Positions 1 through 10,086 of a DNA stretch of 64,000 nt are shown here, piece after piece. Each line of letters opens with the position of its first letter. The stretch's first letter is position 1. The notes under the pieces are model-generated. The model searched no databases. It had not been told where the DNA came from and saw nothing but the letters and a program-made list of their open reading frames with translations. The DNA is taken from positions 1,314,539 to 1,378,538 of the forward strand of contig CAVVLJ010000016.1 of NCBI GenBank assembly GCA_963749075.1, written 5' to 3'. Source of the DNA: an uncultured Pseudomonadota bacterium (GTDB lineage Bacteria > Pseudomonadota > Alphaproteobacteria > JACZXZ01). The translations under genes were made by a program, and so were the position numbers.

Positions 1-785
1 CCCATTTCACCGACAGGGTCGAGCCGCTCACGGTCAACCACCAGGGCCAGTTCCCCTCGGTGACGCTCTCCTTCAACCTGGCGCCGGGCTATTCGCTCGG
101 CCAGGCCGTCGACGCCATCCAGGCGATCCAGAGCCGGCTGCGCACGCCCATCACGCTCGACGGCTCGTTCCAGGGCACGGCGCAGGCCTTCCAATCCTCG
201 CTGTCCTCGACGCCGCTCCTCATCGCCGCGGCCATCTTGGTGGTCTATATCGTGCTCGGCATGCTCTATGAGAGCTACATCCACCCCGTCACGATCCTTT
301 CGGCGCTGCCGTCAGCCGGCGTGGGCGCGCTCGTGATGATGATCCTCTTCGGCTACGATCTGAGCGTCATTTCGCTCATCGGCATCATCCTCCTCATCGG
401 CATCGTCAAGAAGAACGCGATCATGATGATCGACTTCGCGCTCGAGGCCGAGCGCAAGGAGGGCAAGGGCACCCTCGAGGCGATCCACCAGGCCTGCCTG
501 CTGCGCTTCCGCCCCATCATGATGACGACGATGTCGGCCATCTTCGGCAGCCTGCCGATCGCCCTCGGTCAAGGCTCCGGCTCGGAGCTGCGCCGCCCGC
601 TCGGCATCGCCGTCGTGGGCGGCCTCCTGGTCTCCCAGGCTCTGACGCTCTACACGACGCCGGTCATCTATCTCTATCTCGACCGCGCGGCACTCTGGCT
701 CAGCGGGCGCCGCACGAAGGAGCGCGAGGCGCCGGAGCCTGCCGCGGCGCCCCTGCCCGCTCCCGGCCGGCACGCCGGCGACTGA
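1..785 (+). CDS. RND efflux permease (MdtB/MdtC-like), C-terminal part, truncated by window start
   Basis: Frame open from nt 3. Motifs [45 protein letters not shown] and RFRPIMMTT are typical of MdtBC. Confidence 0.93.
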   Translation, partial: HFTDRVEPLTVNHQGQFPSVTLSFNLAPGYSLGQAVDAIQAIQSRLRTPITLDGSFQGTAQAFQSSLSSTPLLIAAAILVVYIVLGMLYESYIHPVTILSALPSAGVGALVMMILFGYDLSVISLIGIILLIGIVKKNAIMMIDFALEAERKEGKGTLEAIHQACLLRFRPIMMTTMSAIFGSLPIALGQGSGSELRRPLGIAVVGGLLVSQALTLYTTPVIYLYLDRAALWLSGRRTKEREAPEPAAAPLPAPGRHAGD

Positions 786-841
786 GGCAGGTGGCGTCGC
801 TCCGCATCCCCGAACGGCTTTGACGCGGGCCCGCGACAACC

Positions 842-1042
842 ATGGCATCGCCCAACGAGCAAGACCCGGACGAGGACGAGGCACAGAGGACGACGGCGCG
901 GCTCGCGGGGCTGGCGCTGATCCTGCTCTTGGCCGTGATCGGCCTCTACCTGGCGCAGAAGCTGCGCACGGAATCGAACCTCGAGGATTGCCTCATGTCC
1001 GGACGCTCGAACTGCGCGCCCGTCGTGCCGCCGAGCCGCTAA
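842..1042 (+). CDS. Small single-TM protein with C-terminal CxxxGRxNC motif
   Basis: 66 aa: acidic N-terminus, one hydrophobic helix, then LEDCLMSGRSNCAP. Confidence 0.7.
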   Translation: MASPNEQDPDEDEAQRTTARLAGLALILLLAVIGLYLAQKLRTESNLEDCLMSGRSNCAPVVPPSR

Positions 1043-1112
1043 GCCGGCGCTGCCCGGCCCGCGCGGCGCCGACGGCCAAAGACGCGGCGCGAATGCCGTC
1101 GGACGCGCCGTC

Positions 1113-1950
1113 TCACCAGTTGAAGACGTAGAACGCCGAGGCCCCGATCTCGATCGTATGGTTGCCCGGCTCTTGGCCGAAACCGACCGTGGCCCCGTCG
1201 AAGATGACCGGCTTGAGGTTCGAGGCGCCGATCCGCCAATAGCGCACGAAGGGCCCGAACTGAATCTCGCCGATCGAGGTCTTGGCATCCGCCATGAGCG
1301 AGGCGCGGAAGCCGGTGCCATGATGCTGGGTATTGTCGATGTCGTTCTGGAAGCCCGGCACGTCGGTCAGATAGGAATGCTGGTGGCCGTAGAGGAAGAG
1401 ATCGTATTCCGCGAGCGGCGTGATCGTCCATCCCTGCGCCACCTCGACCGGCACCGTGAAGCCGAACGGCATGTAATAGTAATTCGAGCTGCGGTCGTAG
1501 CCGGAGGCCCCGAGGCTGCTCATCTGCCCGCTCTGGCCGTCATAGAGGTAGCGAAACCCGAAGCCGAAGTAGGGCACCACTGAGACGGTCGGGCTCGCCT
1601 TGAAGTTGGTCTCCACGAGCATGCGGGGCTCGATGTTGTAATTTGTGGCGCCGCTCGCGGTGCCGGAGCCGGGCGAGCTGTAGTCGAGCGAAGCGGCGGC
1701 GGCGGCCAACTCGAGCTTGAACGAGAAGATGTCCTGGGTGACCTTGTAAAAGCCCTGGACACCGTAGAAGAAGCCGCTGAGATGCGCGAAACTCGGCTCC
1801 GTATAGTGGTAATAGTAGAGTTCCGGCCCGAGCCCCAGAACTCTGCTGCAGCTCGGCGGCTGCGGCCCGGTTGGAGGCGAGCGGCGAAAGGGCAAGTGCC
1901 GCGGCCAGGAGAGTAGCCGCGCGGCAGCCCAGCGATACCCGGCGTTTCAT
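1113..1950 (-). CDS. Outer-membrane beta-barrel protein, one frameshift near 1835-1845
   Basis: Signal peptide MKRRVSLG...AAAAE is in one frame. The Tyr/Gly-rich alternating strands ending FYVFNW (C-terminal aromatic signature) are in the adjacent frame. Confidence 0.75.
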
Positions 1951-2158
1951 CTCTGCCACCCCTCAAGGCCCATGCGTGCTCAAGAGAGCACATGAATATA
2001 ACGGAATTGTTATGGCAACTCGGGCCGCCGCCGCTTCCGCGATCTCCGCAACGTAGCGTTGCGCTTCTGCCACAACATCGCCTCGTTGGCCCATCGCATC
2101 GAGATCACCATGGTTCTGGCGCGCTGGTTTCCCGATTATGTCGAACAGGCGGGCCGGC

Positions 2159-4477
2159 TCAGGGCAGTGCTCTCCCGGTGATCGGCTTGGCGAGGTCGCG
2201 CACGCGGTCGAGGCCGAACTGGCCGAAGAAACCCCAGAGAAAAGCCGAGAAGAAATCGCCGAAGGTGCCGAGCCAGGTGCCGATGAAGATCTCATATCCG
2301 GCGAAGGTGGTGAGAAGCGCGCTTGCGATCCCGATCCAGAGGTTCACCCGGCCGGCCGCCGCAGCAATTGCCGCGTAATCGGGCGTCGCGGTCACCTCCC
2401 CCGCGTAGGCCCCCGCGCTGATCGGGGCGTCGTTTCCGAACTGGACGGAAACAGTGAGGAAGCCTGGGCGGCGCGGCGTGACATTGGCGCCGGTCGCCTC
2501 GCCATCGGCGATGACTGCCGCGCCCTGCGGATCGCAACTCCACTGGGGCGCCGCCCCGGGAGGCGCGCCGTTCGCCCAGTCCAAGCGGGCCCGCGCTCGC
2601 CGGTTCACCATGAGATCGGGCGGCAGATCGAGGCGCGGCGGCACCTGCGCCGCCCCAGGCGCGCCAAGATCCGTCACGGCTCGCTGCAATGGCGCAAGCT
2701 GCAGCGCGGCGTGCGCGGCCGCGGCTACTGCCGCGCCGGGTTGAAGGAGCGCGGCAACGGCAGCGGGAAAGTCGCCTGCGGCGAGGACGGCGTCGAGCGC
2801 CCCGTTGGCGGGGTCCGCGATGCGGAACTCGGCCTCGACGCCGCGGCGGATGGCGGCAAGCGCCTGCAGCCTCGCGATAGGATCCGGCTCATCTGCCCCG
2901 CCGCGCATCGAATTGTCGGCCGCGGCCGAGAGTGCCTCGATCAGGCGCGCGTAATTGACTTGGGCGGGGCGCAGCGCGGCGGCAGCGGCGCGGAATTGCT
3001 CGGCCATGGCGGGAGGTGCGCTCAACGCGACCCAGCCTCGCAGCCGGCGCGCCACGTCATCGGCCTGCTGGACGAGCTGGCCGGGGTCGGCGAGCGGAAA
3101 CGCGGTCCGCAGGGCATCTGCCAGCGCGCGCCTGGTCTGCTCCGGCTCGCGCGCGGGATTTGCCCACGGCCCCAGCGCGTCAAGGGCGCCTCCGACCTCG
3201 CGGAGCCACGGCTGGAGGGCCTCGGGAACGTCGCGCGGCAGCGTCTGCTCGAAAGCGGCGAGACGGCGCTGCGCCTCCTCCACGTCGCCCCCGGAGCCCA
3301 AGCGGTCGATCCGGTCCAGCATCGCGGTCAGCACCGTCAGCCGGTGGGCGATCGCGGCGTCCGGCGGCAGATGGTTCGGCGCCACCACCCCGCGCACGCG
3401 CGCCAGGCTCTGGGCGAATTCCTTTGCCGCGTCGACCGCTCGCGTTTCGATGGCGGTCGCCCGCGTCTGGGCGTCGGTTACCGCGGCCTGCATCGCCTCG
3501 GGCGTCGTGGCATCGCGGATGCTCGCCTCCACCGCCGCGGCGAGGCCGATGAGCCGCTGTTGCACCGCCGGATCCTTCTGCGGCGCAGCGCGCTTGGCAA
3601 TCGCGCCCACGGCGCGCAGACCCTCAAGCAGCGCGGCGCTCAGCGCCGCGCGCTTTGCCAGCCGGACGTTGAAGAACCAGCCCAGCGCAATGCCGAGCGC
3701 CACCGCGACCATGAGGAAATACCCGGCCACGCGCACCTTGAGGGTGACGTCGATGCTCCGGTTCTCCTTGAGCATGGCCTCGTGCAGGATGAGCGTCCCG
3801 GTATATGAGCCGGCGGCGGGCACTTGCGACAAGGCGAGCTTGAGCTCCGCCCGGCCGCCGGCGGCGATCGCGAGCGGCGTCGATAGGGGATCGAGCACGA
3901 TGCCGGCGTACTCGCCCGACGCCGCCTTCAGTGCGCTGCCCGTGACGGCGATCTCCTTGAGGTCGGCGACGTGGGATGTCTCGTGCAGCGGAATCGACAG
4001 CGCGTCCGTCGCGGCGTGAAAACCGAAGGGCAAGGTTTCCAAGGCCAACGTCACGCTTGCCGGCGCGTCGAGCACGGGCGTGCCGGCGCGCACGATGGCG
4101 ATGGCGATCCCCGCGGCACTCGGCGGCGTGCCCTCGAAACTGACGGCAAGCGGCACCTCGTAACTGCCCGGGTCCGGGCAGCCGTTCGTAAGCGTGCCGG
4201 TCGCTTGGTACTCGCCGATGCTCTGGTCCGACGAGACGGGCTTCGTCCAGGCGATCGACCAAGCGGCCGCCGCCGCCGCCGGACCCTTGCTCCTGATGTC
4301 CTTGGTGCGCACGGCCAAGGGTGCCGTGTCGGCGGTAAAGCGCAGAACGATGCTGGCGTTGTCGCACTCGGCGATGACAAATGTCCGCTGCCCCGACACC
4401 GCGGTTGCCGCCTCGGCGGAGGCGAGCGTCGGCGCGGCGAGGAGGAGGGCGAGGAGACAGCGCTGAGCTAGACGCAT
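2159..4477 (-). CDS. Hypothetical membrane protein (signal peptide, beta-rich N-domain, TM, helical region, two C-terminal TMs)
   Basis: 772-aa ORF with signal peptide MRLAQRCLLALLLAAPTLASA, TM GYFLMVAVALGIALGWFF, and C-terminal hydrophobic hairpin ending TFGDFFSAFLWGFFG. Confidence 0.8.
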   Translation of the reverse strand: MRLAQRCLLALLLAAPTLASAEAATAVSGQRTFVIAECDNASIVLRFTADTAPLAVRTKDIRSKGPAAAAAAWSIAWTKPVSSDQSIGEYQATGTLTNGCPDPGSYEVPLAVSFEGTPPSAAGIAIAIVRAGTPVLDAPASVTLALETLPFGFHAATDALSIPLHETSHVADLKEIAVTGSALKAASGEYAGIVLDPLSTPLAIAAGGRAELKLALSQVPAAGSYTGTLILHEAMLKENRSIDVTLKVRVAGYFLMVAVALGIALGWFFNVRLAKRAALSAALLEGLRAVGAIAKRAAPQKDPAVQQRLIGLAAAVEASIRDATTPEAMQAAVTDAQTRATAIETRAVDAAKEFAQSLARVRGVVAPNHLPPDAAIAHRLTVLTAMLDRIDRLGSGGDVEEAQRRLAAFEQTLPRDVPEALQPWLREVGGALDALGPWANPAREPEQTRRALADALRTAFPLADPGQLVQQADDVARRLRGWVALSAPPAMAEQFRAAAAALRPAQVNYARLIEALSAAADNSMRGGADEPDPIARLQALAAIRRGVEAEFRIADPANGALDAVLAAGDFPAAVAALLQPGAAVAAAAHAALQLAPLQRAVTDLGAPGAAQVPPRLDLPPDLMVNRRARARLDWANGAPPGAAPQWSCDPQGAAVIADGEATGANVTPRRPGFLTVSVQFGNDAPISAGAYAGEVTATPDYAAIAAAAGRVNLWIGIASALLTTFAGYEIFIGTWLGTFGDFFSAFLWGFFGQFGLDRVRDLAKPITGRALP

Positions 4478-4560
4478 GGTGTCGACGTGCTCATCGCCGC
4501 GGGCAGCGTGGAGGGAAGAGACATGCTAAGGCAAAAGCATTTTGCTCCCCGCTTGCGCCA

Positions 4561-6849
4561 TCAAATCTCGCTGAGATCAGACACCGGGTAACCGGTCACG
4601 ACCAGCGCAAAATCCTGGGGCGGCTTGAGCAGATTGCCCGCAAAGACCTGAATGTAATAGGTCCCGGCGGGAGGGCCGTCCACACGGACGGTTTCCACAT
4701 TATTGTCGGGATCCGGGAGCACCAGAGCGTCGGGCAGGCCCGCATTGCCCAGCCACTTCTTGCCGCTCTCGGCATGCTGGACCATCAGGTTCAGATTGTT
4801 CTGCAAGCCGCGCGCCGGCAGGTCGGTATAAGCCATGCAAATCCGCAGCGCTGGGGTGTCCGCCGGCAATTGGAACTGAAATCGCCTTCGCGCCCCGGTC
4901 CGCGTAAATGCCCGGCTCGGCGTCTTCCATTCGTCGACGAACTGCAACCGCAGCCCCTGCTGCCACGCGTTCGGAATGGTGAGCTCCATGCAGATGCGCC
5001 CGTGGCCCTGGTGATAGTTAGGCTCGCCGCTCGTGGGTGCCGTCGAGTCCTTACCCAGGAGCCATTGGGTGCCATTGATCAAGGTCGCTTTCAGGAGCGC
5101 CGCACTCGGCTCATGCTTGCGGTCCTGGACGTAATACTGCCGTATCAGTGCGGCGCATCCCGAGACGAGCGGTGCCGCCATGCTCGTGCCGCCATCGAAC
5201 GCATATCGCGGATTCTTCGGCTGCCCAGGCGTCGCCGGATACTCGCCCCAGAACTTGCGGATCGGCGCGAGCGACGATTTCGTGGAGGCAATGTCGGTGC
5301 CGGGCGCGACAACATCCGGCTTGATGCGGCGGTCGTCGCAGGGCCCGCGGCTGCTGAAGGCGGCAAGGCAGTCCGGATTGCCCGAAACGTGCTCCCACGC
5401 GATCGGCAGGTAGGGAAAGCGCTCCGGCTTGAACTCGACCCACTTCATCCCGCTCAACGCGCCGTCGCTCCGGTCGCTGCGGCTTGCGCCCACGGTCAGC
5501 GCGTTCTTGCACGAGGCGGGCGAGCCGATCGAGAGCCAGTCGACGAAGCCGCGAGCGGCCTTGACGGGGCTCGCGGCCGTGCCTTCGTTGCCGGCGGCAA
5601 TCACGATGAGCATGTCCGGATGGCTGTGGACGAACTCGTCAACCTCCTCGCTGTTGATGGTGTAGATCGAGGCGGTTGCCGAGCCCCAGCTGTTGTTGTG
5701 GATGCGCGCGTTTGCGCGATACGCTTCGTCGAACAGATCGTTGAGATCCAGCGGCAGGCCGCCGAGGCCGCCCTGCGCGTCCAGCAACGACTGGAAAAAA
5801 AGCTGGGCCTTTGGCGCGGCGCCCTTGATCTGCCCATTCGAGGCAGCACCGTCTCCCAGCACGGAACCGGCGACGTGGGTGCCGTGGCCCAAGGGGTCGC
5901 TCGTATCGTTAGGCCGGCCGCGTGCGACCTTGCCCACGATGCGCCCCTGGAAATCGGGATGCTCATCGTCGATGCCCGTGTCCGCGACCGCGACGATTTG
6001 TCCCGCGCCGTCCTGCGTGAGGCACGTGGCGGGGTTCTGCCCGGGCCAGCCGTCGATACAGAGCAAGCGGCGCGCGGCGTCATTGAACAGTTCCGGCGCG
6101 ACATACTCGGCGACGGTATCGACCTCGGGCAGCGCGCCCAACTCGTCCAACGCCGGCGAATTCTCCGTCACATAGAAACGAATCTTCCGGCCGCTCGAGC
6201 CGGCTATGGAGACGTTCCTGCCGCGCAGCCAGTCCTCCACCGTCTTGCGATCCTCAGGGAGGTGGAGGCGAACGTCATACGTCACCATGCGGAGACCGGC
6301 CGGCGATGGCTGGCCGGGCGCCAAGGCCGGAAGCGAGCTCGTCATCGTCTTCGGCGCGGAATTGGCCGGGCTGATCCAGCTGACGCGTTCCACGAAGTCG
6401 AGCGCCTGCACCAGCGGTATTTGCTCGCGGCGGAGCCGTGCCTTGAAGCCGCCGTCCGGCACCCATTCGAGGAGCGTCACGCCGATCGCTGCGAACTTGT
6501 CGCGCCAAACTTCGAGAAGCGGCCCCCGCAGCCGTACGAGGTAGTAATCCACGGCGGCCGGGTGCGCCTCCTCGACCGCGCGCCTAAAGATCGGCTCCTC
6601 CGTAGCCACCCCCGCCATGGCAAGGTGCGGCCTTATTCCAGGCAATACCTCTTGCGGCACCTCTTCCGGCGGCGGTGCGGCCTGCTGCTCTTGGACGATC
6701 AAGCCGGCGCGGCGCAATGCCTCGATGTCATTATCGTTCATCTCCCCGATTGCAAAGCTGTCGGTGACTTCCGGCGCGCTCATGCGCCGTAAAGCCTCGC
6801 TCTGCTCCCTCTCGTGCATGTAATAGGCGATGACGCGCTTCATGGCCAT
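4561..6849 (-). CDS. S8 family serine peptidase (Kp43-like), no signal peptide
   Basis: Catalytic motifs VAVADTGID, HGTHVAGS, AAGNEG and GTSMAAP; C-terminal beta-domain with NNVE and QDFALVV. Confidence 0.95.
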   Translation of the reverse strand: MAMKRVIAYYMHEREQSEALRRMSAPEVTDSFAIGEMNDNDIEALRRAGLIVQEQQAAPPPEEVPQEVLPGIRPHLAMAGVATEEPIFRRAVEEAHPAAVDYYLVRLRGPLLEVWRDKFAAIGVTLLEWVPDGGFKARLRREQIPLVQALDFVERVSWISPANSAPKTMTSSLPALAPGQPSPAGLRMVTYDVRLHLPEDRKTVEDWLRGRNVSIAGSSGRKIRFYVTENSPALDELGALPEVDTVAEYVAPELFNDAARRLLCIDGWPGQNPATCLTQDGAGQIVAVADTGIDDEHPDFQGRIVGKVARGRPNDTSDPLGHGTHVAGSVLGDGAASNGQIKGAAPKAQLFFQSLLDAQGGLGGLPLDLNDLFDEAYRANARIHNNSWGSATASIYTINSEEVDEFVHSHPDMLIVIAAGNEGTAASPVKAARGFVDWLSIGSPASCKNALTVGASRSDRSDGALSGMKWVEFKPERFPYLPIAWEHVSGNPDCLAAFSSRGPCDDRRIKPDVVAPGTDIASTKSSLAPIRKFWGEYPATPGQPKNPRYAFDGGTSMAAPLVSGCAALIRQYYVQDRKHEPSAALLKATLINGTQWLLGKDSTAPTSGEPNYHQGHGRICMELTIPNAWQQGLRLQFVDEWKTPSRAFTRTGARRRFQFQLPADTPALRICMAYTDLPARGLQNNLNLMVQHAESGKKWLGNAGLPDALVLPDPDNNVETVRVDGPPAGTYYIQVFAGNLLKPPQDFALVVTGYPVSDLSEI

Positions 6850-7217
6850 GGCACGAAGCCTCCTCGTTATGCTTGTTGTGCGCCCTGCCGACCGCCATGG
6901 GCGACGAGCGCATTAGACGCGCAAGGCGCAACGATCCCGGGCGCTGTGTCGTACCAGTGGCGCGACAATACGAGGCGCTCCGGAACCGCGGGATCGATGC
7001 AGCTAAGCGTCGCAGACGAGGTTTGCCTGCTCTCTGCCGACAAGGCGCGCTTCCGTTTTATGACCGTCACGCGACTATTTCGCTACACAAGAGCCAGCCA
7101 CGGTAGCACAAAGGCCATGCAAGGAATAGTAGAGAATATCGCGCAAAGAACGCGCGGCAGCGGCCAACGTCGTCGGCATCAAGCTGAGCATCGCGGGTGC
7201 CGCTGCGCTCTCTCGGC

Positions 7218-8870
7218 TCAGGTCTGATAGACCGAGAAGGCGAGCGTGCCGGCACGCGCGCGGTAGTCGGTCACCACGTTGACCACCGCCACCATCCCCT
7301 CGTCCACCGCCTTCTGGGCGCGCTCGAGCGCCGGCCGGATGTCCTCCGGCCGCTCGACGTACTCGCCGTGGCAGCCGAGCGTCTCGGCCATGCGATCGTA
7401 GCGCGTATAGCCGAGGTTGCGGCCGGGCTTCTCCCGCTTCGGATCGGCCGTCCAGCCGCCGTTGAGGCTGATCACCACCAGGATCGGGATCTTGTGCCGC
7501 ACGGCGGTGTCGAGCTCCATGGCGTTCAAGCCGAAGGAGCCGTCGCCGTGCAGCACGATGACCTGCTTGTCGGGCTTGGCGATCTTGGCGCCGAGGCCGA
7601 AGGGCAGGCCCACGCCCATGGTGCCGAAGGGTCCGGAATTGAGGCGGTGGCCGGGCACGTAGGTCGGCATCGACTGGCGGCCGTAATTGAGGATCTCCTG
7701 CCCGTCGACGACGAGGATGGCGTCGCGCTGCATGAAGCGCGCGATCTCGTCGCAGAGGCGCAAGGGATGGATGGGATCGCCGTCGGGCGGCTTGTTGCCG
7801 CCGAGCGCCGCGCGCTTCGCCGCCTCGCCGTCGGCGAGCTTCCGCCGCCAGGGCTCGAAGCGGGCGGCCGGCACCTGGCCGTCGAGCGCCGAGACAATCT
7901 GCTGCAGCACCATCTTGCAGTCGCCCACGATCGGGATATCGACCCGCCGCGGCGCCGAGGCGATCTCGCCCGCGTCGATGTCGATGCGCGCGATGACGGC
8001 GTCCGCATTGAAGCGGGGGGCTGCCGCATGGCTGATGATGTAGTTCATGCGCGTGCCGACGATGAGGAAGAGGTCGGCGTCGCGGAAGGCCGCGGAGCGC
8101 ACCGAGAGATAGGAAAAGGGATGGTCGTCCGGCAGCACGCCGCGGCCTTGCGGCGTCGTGTAGAAGGGAATGCCCGCCGTCTCGACGAGCGCCTTGAGCT
8201 CGTCCCAGGCGCGCGACCAGATGACGCCGCTCCCGGAGACGATGATCGGCTGCTTGGCCTTGGCGAGGGTTGCTATGAGGCGCTCCACCTCCTTGGGATC
8301 GCCCTGCGGCCGGGCGTCGAGGATGGGCCGGCCCGAGAGGCTCCAGTCGACCTGCTCCTCGGGGATCTTGGCGTAGAGGATGTCGCCGGGAAAATCGAGG
8401 TAGACCGGCCCCGGCTTGCCGCTCATGGCATGCTGGAAGGCGTTGTTCACCTGCTCGGGAATGCGCTTCAGGTTGTAGACCCGGTCCGCCCATTTCGTGC
8501 AGGGCTTCATGATGGCGAGCTGGTCGATCTCCTGGAAGACCTGGCGCCCGTTGTGGCCGATGGGGCTCGAGCCGCCGATCGCCACCACGGGCGCGCAATC
8601 GATGAGGGCGTTGGCGATGCCGGTCGTGAGGTTGATGACGCCCGGTCCGCTCGCCGCCATGCACACGCTCGGCCTCTGCAGGAGACGGCTGTAGGCCTGC
8701 CCCATCATCGCCGCGGCCTGCTCGTGGCGCACGTCGAGCGGCCGGATGCCCTCCTTGATGCAGGAGGCCTCGGCCAAGAGCATGGGCCCGCCCATCAGGA
8801 AGAAGAGGATGTCCGTGCCCTCGTTCTTGAGGGACTTCGCCAGGATCTCCGAACCCGTGAGTTCCGCCAT
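7218..8870 (-). CDS. ThDP-dependent enzyme, oxalyl-CoA decarboxylase / 2-hydroxyacyl-CoA lyase family
   Basis: VRHEQAA, SGPG, GPFGTMGVG and the GDGSFG...N ThDP motif. Confidence 0.88.
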   Translation of the reverse strand: MAELTGSEILAKSLKNEGTDILFFLMGGPMLLAEASCIKEGIRPLDVRHEQAAAMMGQAYSRLLQRPSVCMAASGPGVINLTTGIANALIDCAPVVAIGGSSPIGHNGRQVFQEIDQLAIMKPCTKWADRVYNLKRIPEQVNNAFQHAMSGKPGPVYLDFPGDILYAKIPEEQVDWSLSGRPILDARPQGDPKEVERLIATLAKAKQPIIVSGSGVIWSRAWDELKALVETAGIPFYTTPQGRGVLPDDHPFSYLSVRSAAFRDADLFLIVGTRMNYIISHAAAPRFNADAVIARIDIDAGEIASAPRRVDIPIVGDCKMVLQQIVSALDGQVPAARFEPWRRKLADGEAAKRAALGGNKPPDGDPIHPLRLCDEIARFMQRDAILVVDGQEILNYGRQSMPTYVPGHRLNSGPFGTMGVGLPFGLGAKIAKPDKQVIVLHGDGSFGLNAMELDTAVRHKIPILVVISLNGGWTADPKREKPGRNLGYTRYDRMAETLGCHGEYVERPEDIRPALERAQKAVDEGMVAVVNVVTDYRARAGTLAFSVYQT

Positions 8871-8930
8871 TGGAGCCGCCTCCCGATACCCTAGACGCCG
8901 TTGTTCCGTGAGAGTTTGACTTGAAACGAC

Positions 8931-9067
8931 GCGTCAATTTTCAACTTCCGGCTCGTCACCCCGGCGAAAGCGGGGGTCCATCCTTGGTGCGCGCTATCGG
9001 ACCAAAAGTGGATTCCCGCTTGGACGGGAATGACTGTGAATAGTGGGCAATATATTGAAAACGACGC
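8931..9067. repeat. REP-like palindrome pair (8955-9034) inside a short outer inverted repeat
   Basis: GTCACCCCGGCGAAAGCGGGGGTCCA ... TGGATTCCCGCTTGGACGGGAATGAC, flanked by GCGTCAATTTTCAA (8931-8944) and TTGAAAACGACGC (9055-9067). Same family as the element at 54643/57262. Confidence 0.8.
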
Positions 9068-9169
9068 CTTCATTTCCGCTGCAGCCTTTTGCTCCTAAGC
9101 CGGCCGGCGATGTCCGGAATGGGCCGCACAGCGCCCGAGTGCGGCCACGATAGCATGGATCGGGCGCGC

Positions 9170-9838
9170 TCAGAGCTTGACGAGGCGGCCAACCGGAGGG
9201 CCAGTCCCGTCGCGGGCGAGCGGATCGATCCAGAAGACCTCGGCGCGGCCGTGCGCCTCCGCCCGATAGAGCCCGCCGGCCTCGAGGCGCTTGCCGGCGG
9301 CGGCAAAATCGTAGAAGCGTCCGCCGATGAGCTGAGCGGCGCCAACGTCGAGCACGATGGCCGCGCCCTTCGGGTCGAGCGGCACGATGGTGAGCTTGCC
9401 GGGGCTGCCCATGTCGAAGAGCGGGCTCGTGCCATAGAGCGTGCGCTCGATGCCGAGCTCATGGGGTTGGCCCTCGGGCCGCGGCGGCGGCACGAACCCA
9501 GGAGCCGCCGTCTCCTCGCCAGCCGCGCGCCCGCCGCGGTCGCAGTCGGTCGGCTCGCGCGTGACGCTGCCGCCCGCCACCCTGCCCTGATCCTTGCCCG
9601 GCGTCACGGTGCCGCCGTGCACGCTCTCGCGGACGCACGAGTGGAAATAGTCGATGACGATCTCGCCGCCGCTGCCGAGCGGCACCGCCCGGCCGGCCGA
9701 GAGATAGTCAAGCGCCTTGAGGCCGCCGGCAACTCCCTCGACCTTCTCCACGATGGCGACCGGATCGGCGTGCGCCGGGAGCGCCGAAAGCGCGCCGGCC
9801 GCCAGTAGGCCGAGCGAGAGGGAGAGGCGAAGATTCAT
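9170..9838 (-). CDS. Exported hypothetical protein
   Basis: Signal peptide MNLRLSLSLGLLAAGALSALPAHA; two Cys residues. Confidence 0.75.
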   Translation of the reverse strand: MNLRLSLSLGLLAAGALSALPAHADPVAIVEKVEGVAGGLKALDYLSAGRAVPLGSGGEIVIDYFHSCVRESVHGGTVTPGKDQGRVAGGSVTREPTDCDRGGRAAGEETAAPGFVPPPRPEGQPHELGIERTLYGTSPLFDMGSPGKLTIVPLDPKGAAIVLDVGAAQLIGGRFYDFAAAGKRLEAGGLYRAEAHGRAEVFWIDPLARDGTGPPVGRLVKL

Positions 9839-10086
9839 GATGCGCGTCCTGTCGGCGGCAATCTTACGGAGGAAGCAGGCAGCAAGGATAGCGCGAATTT
9901 GCATGGCTGCCGCGGCGCTCCCGGATAGCTGCGGACAGGGCAATCTGGCCGGGCGCCCTGCCTTGTTGAAGCTCGAGGAGCGGTATAGAGTTGCCCATCG
10001 CGCGCCGGTCGCGGCGATGGCGCCTGCGCGCAAGGTCTCGCGAGAAAGACGCCGGCGCCGAGCCGGGCAGCAATCGGGAGCATGCC

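Noticed and set aside
4381-6792. Long antisense or alternate-frame ORFs (e.g. 803 aa here, also 35445-37697 and 41336-43855)
   Set aside because: Shadow ORFs expected in high-GC DNA; they overlap well-supported genes and show no motifs.
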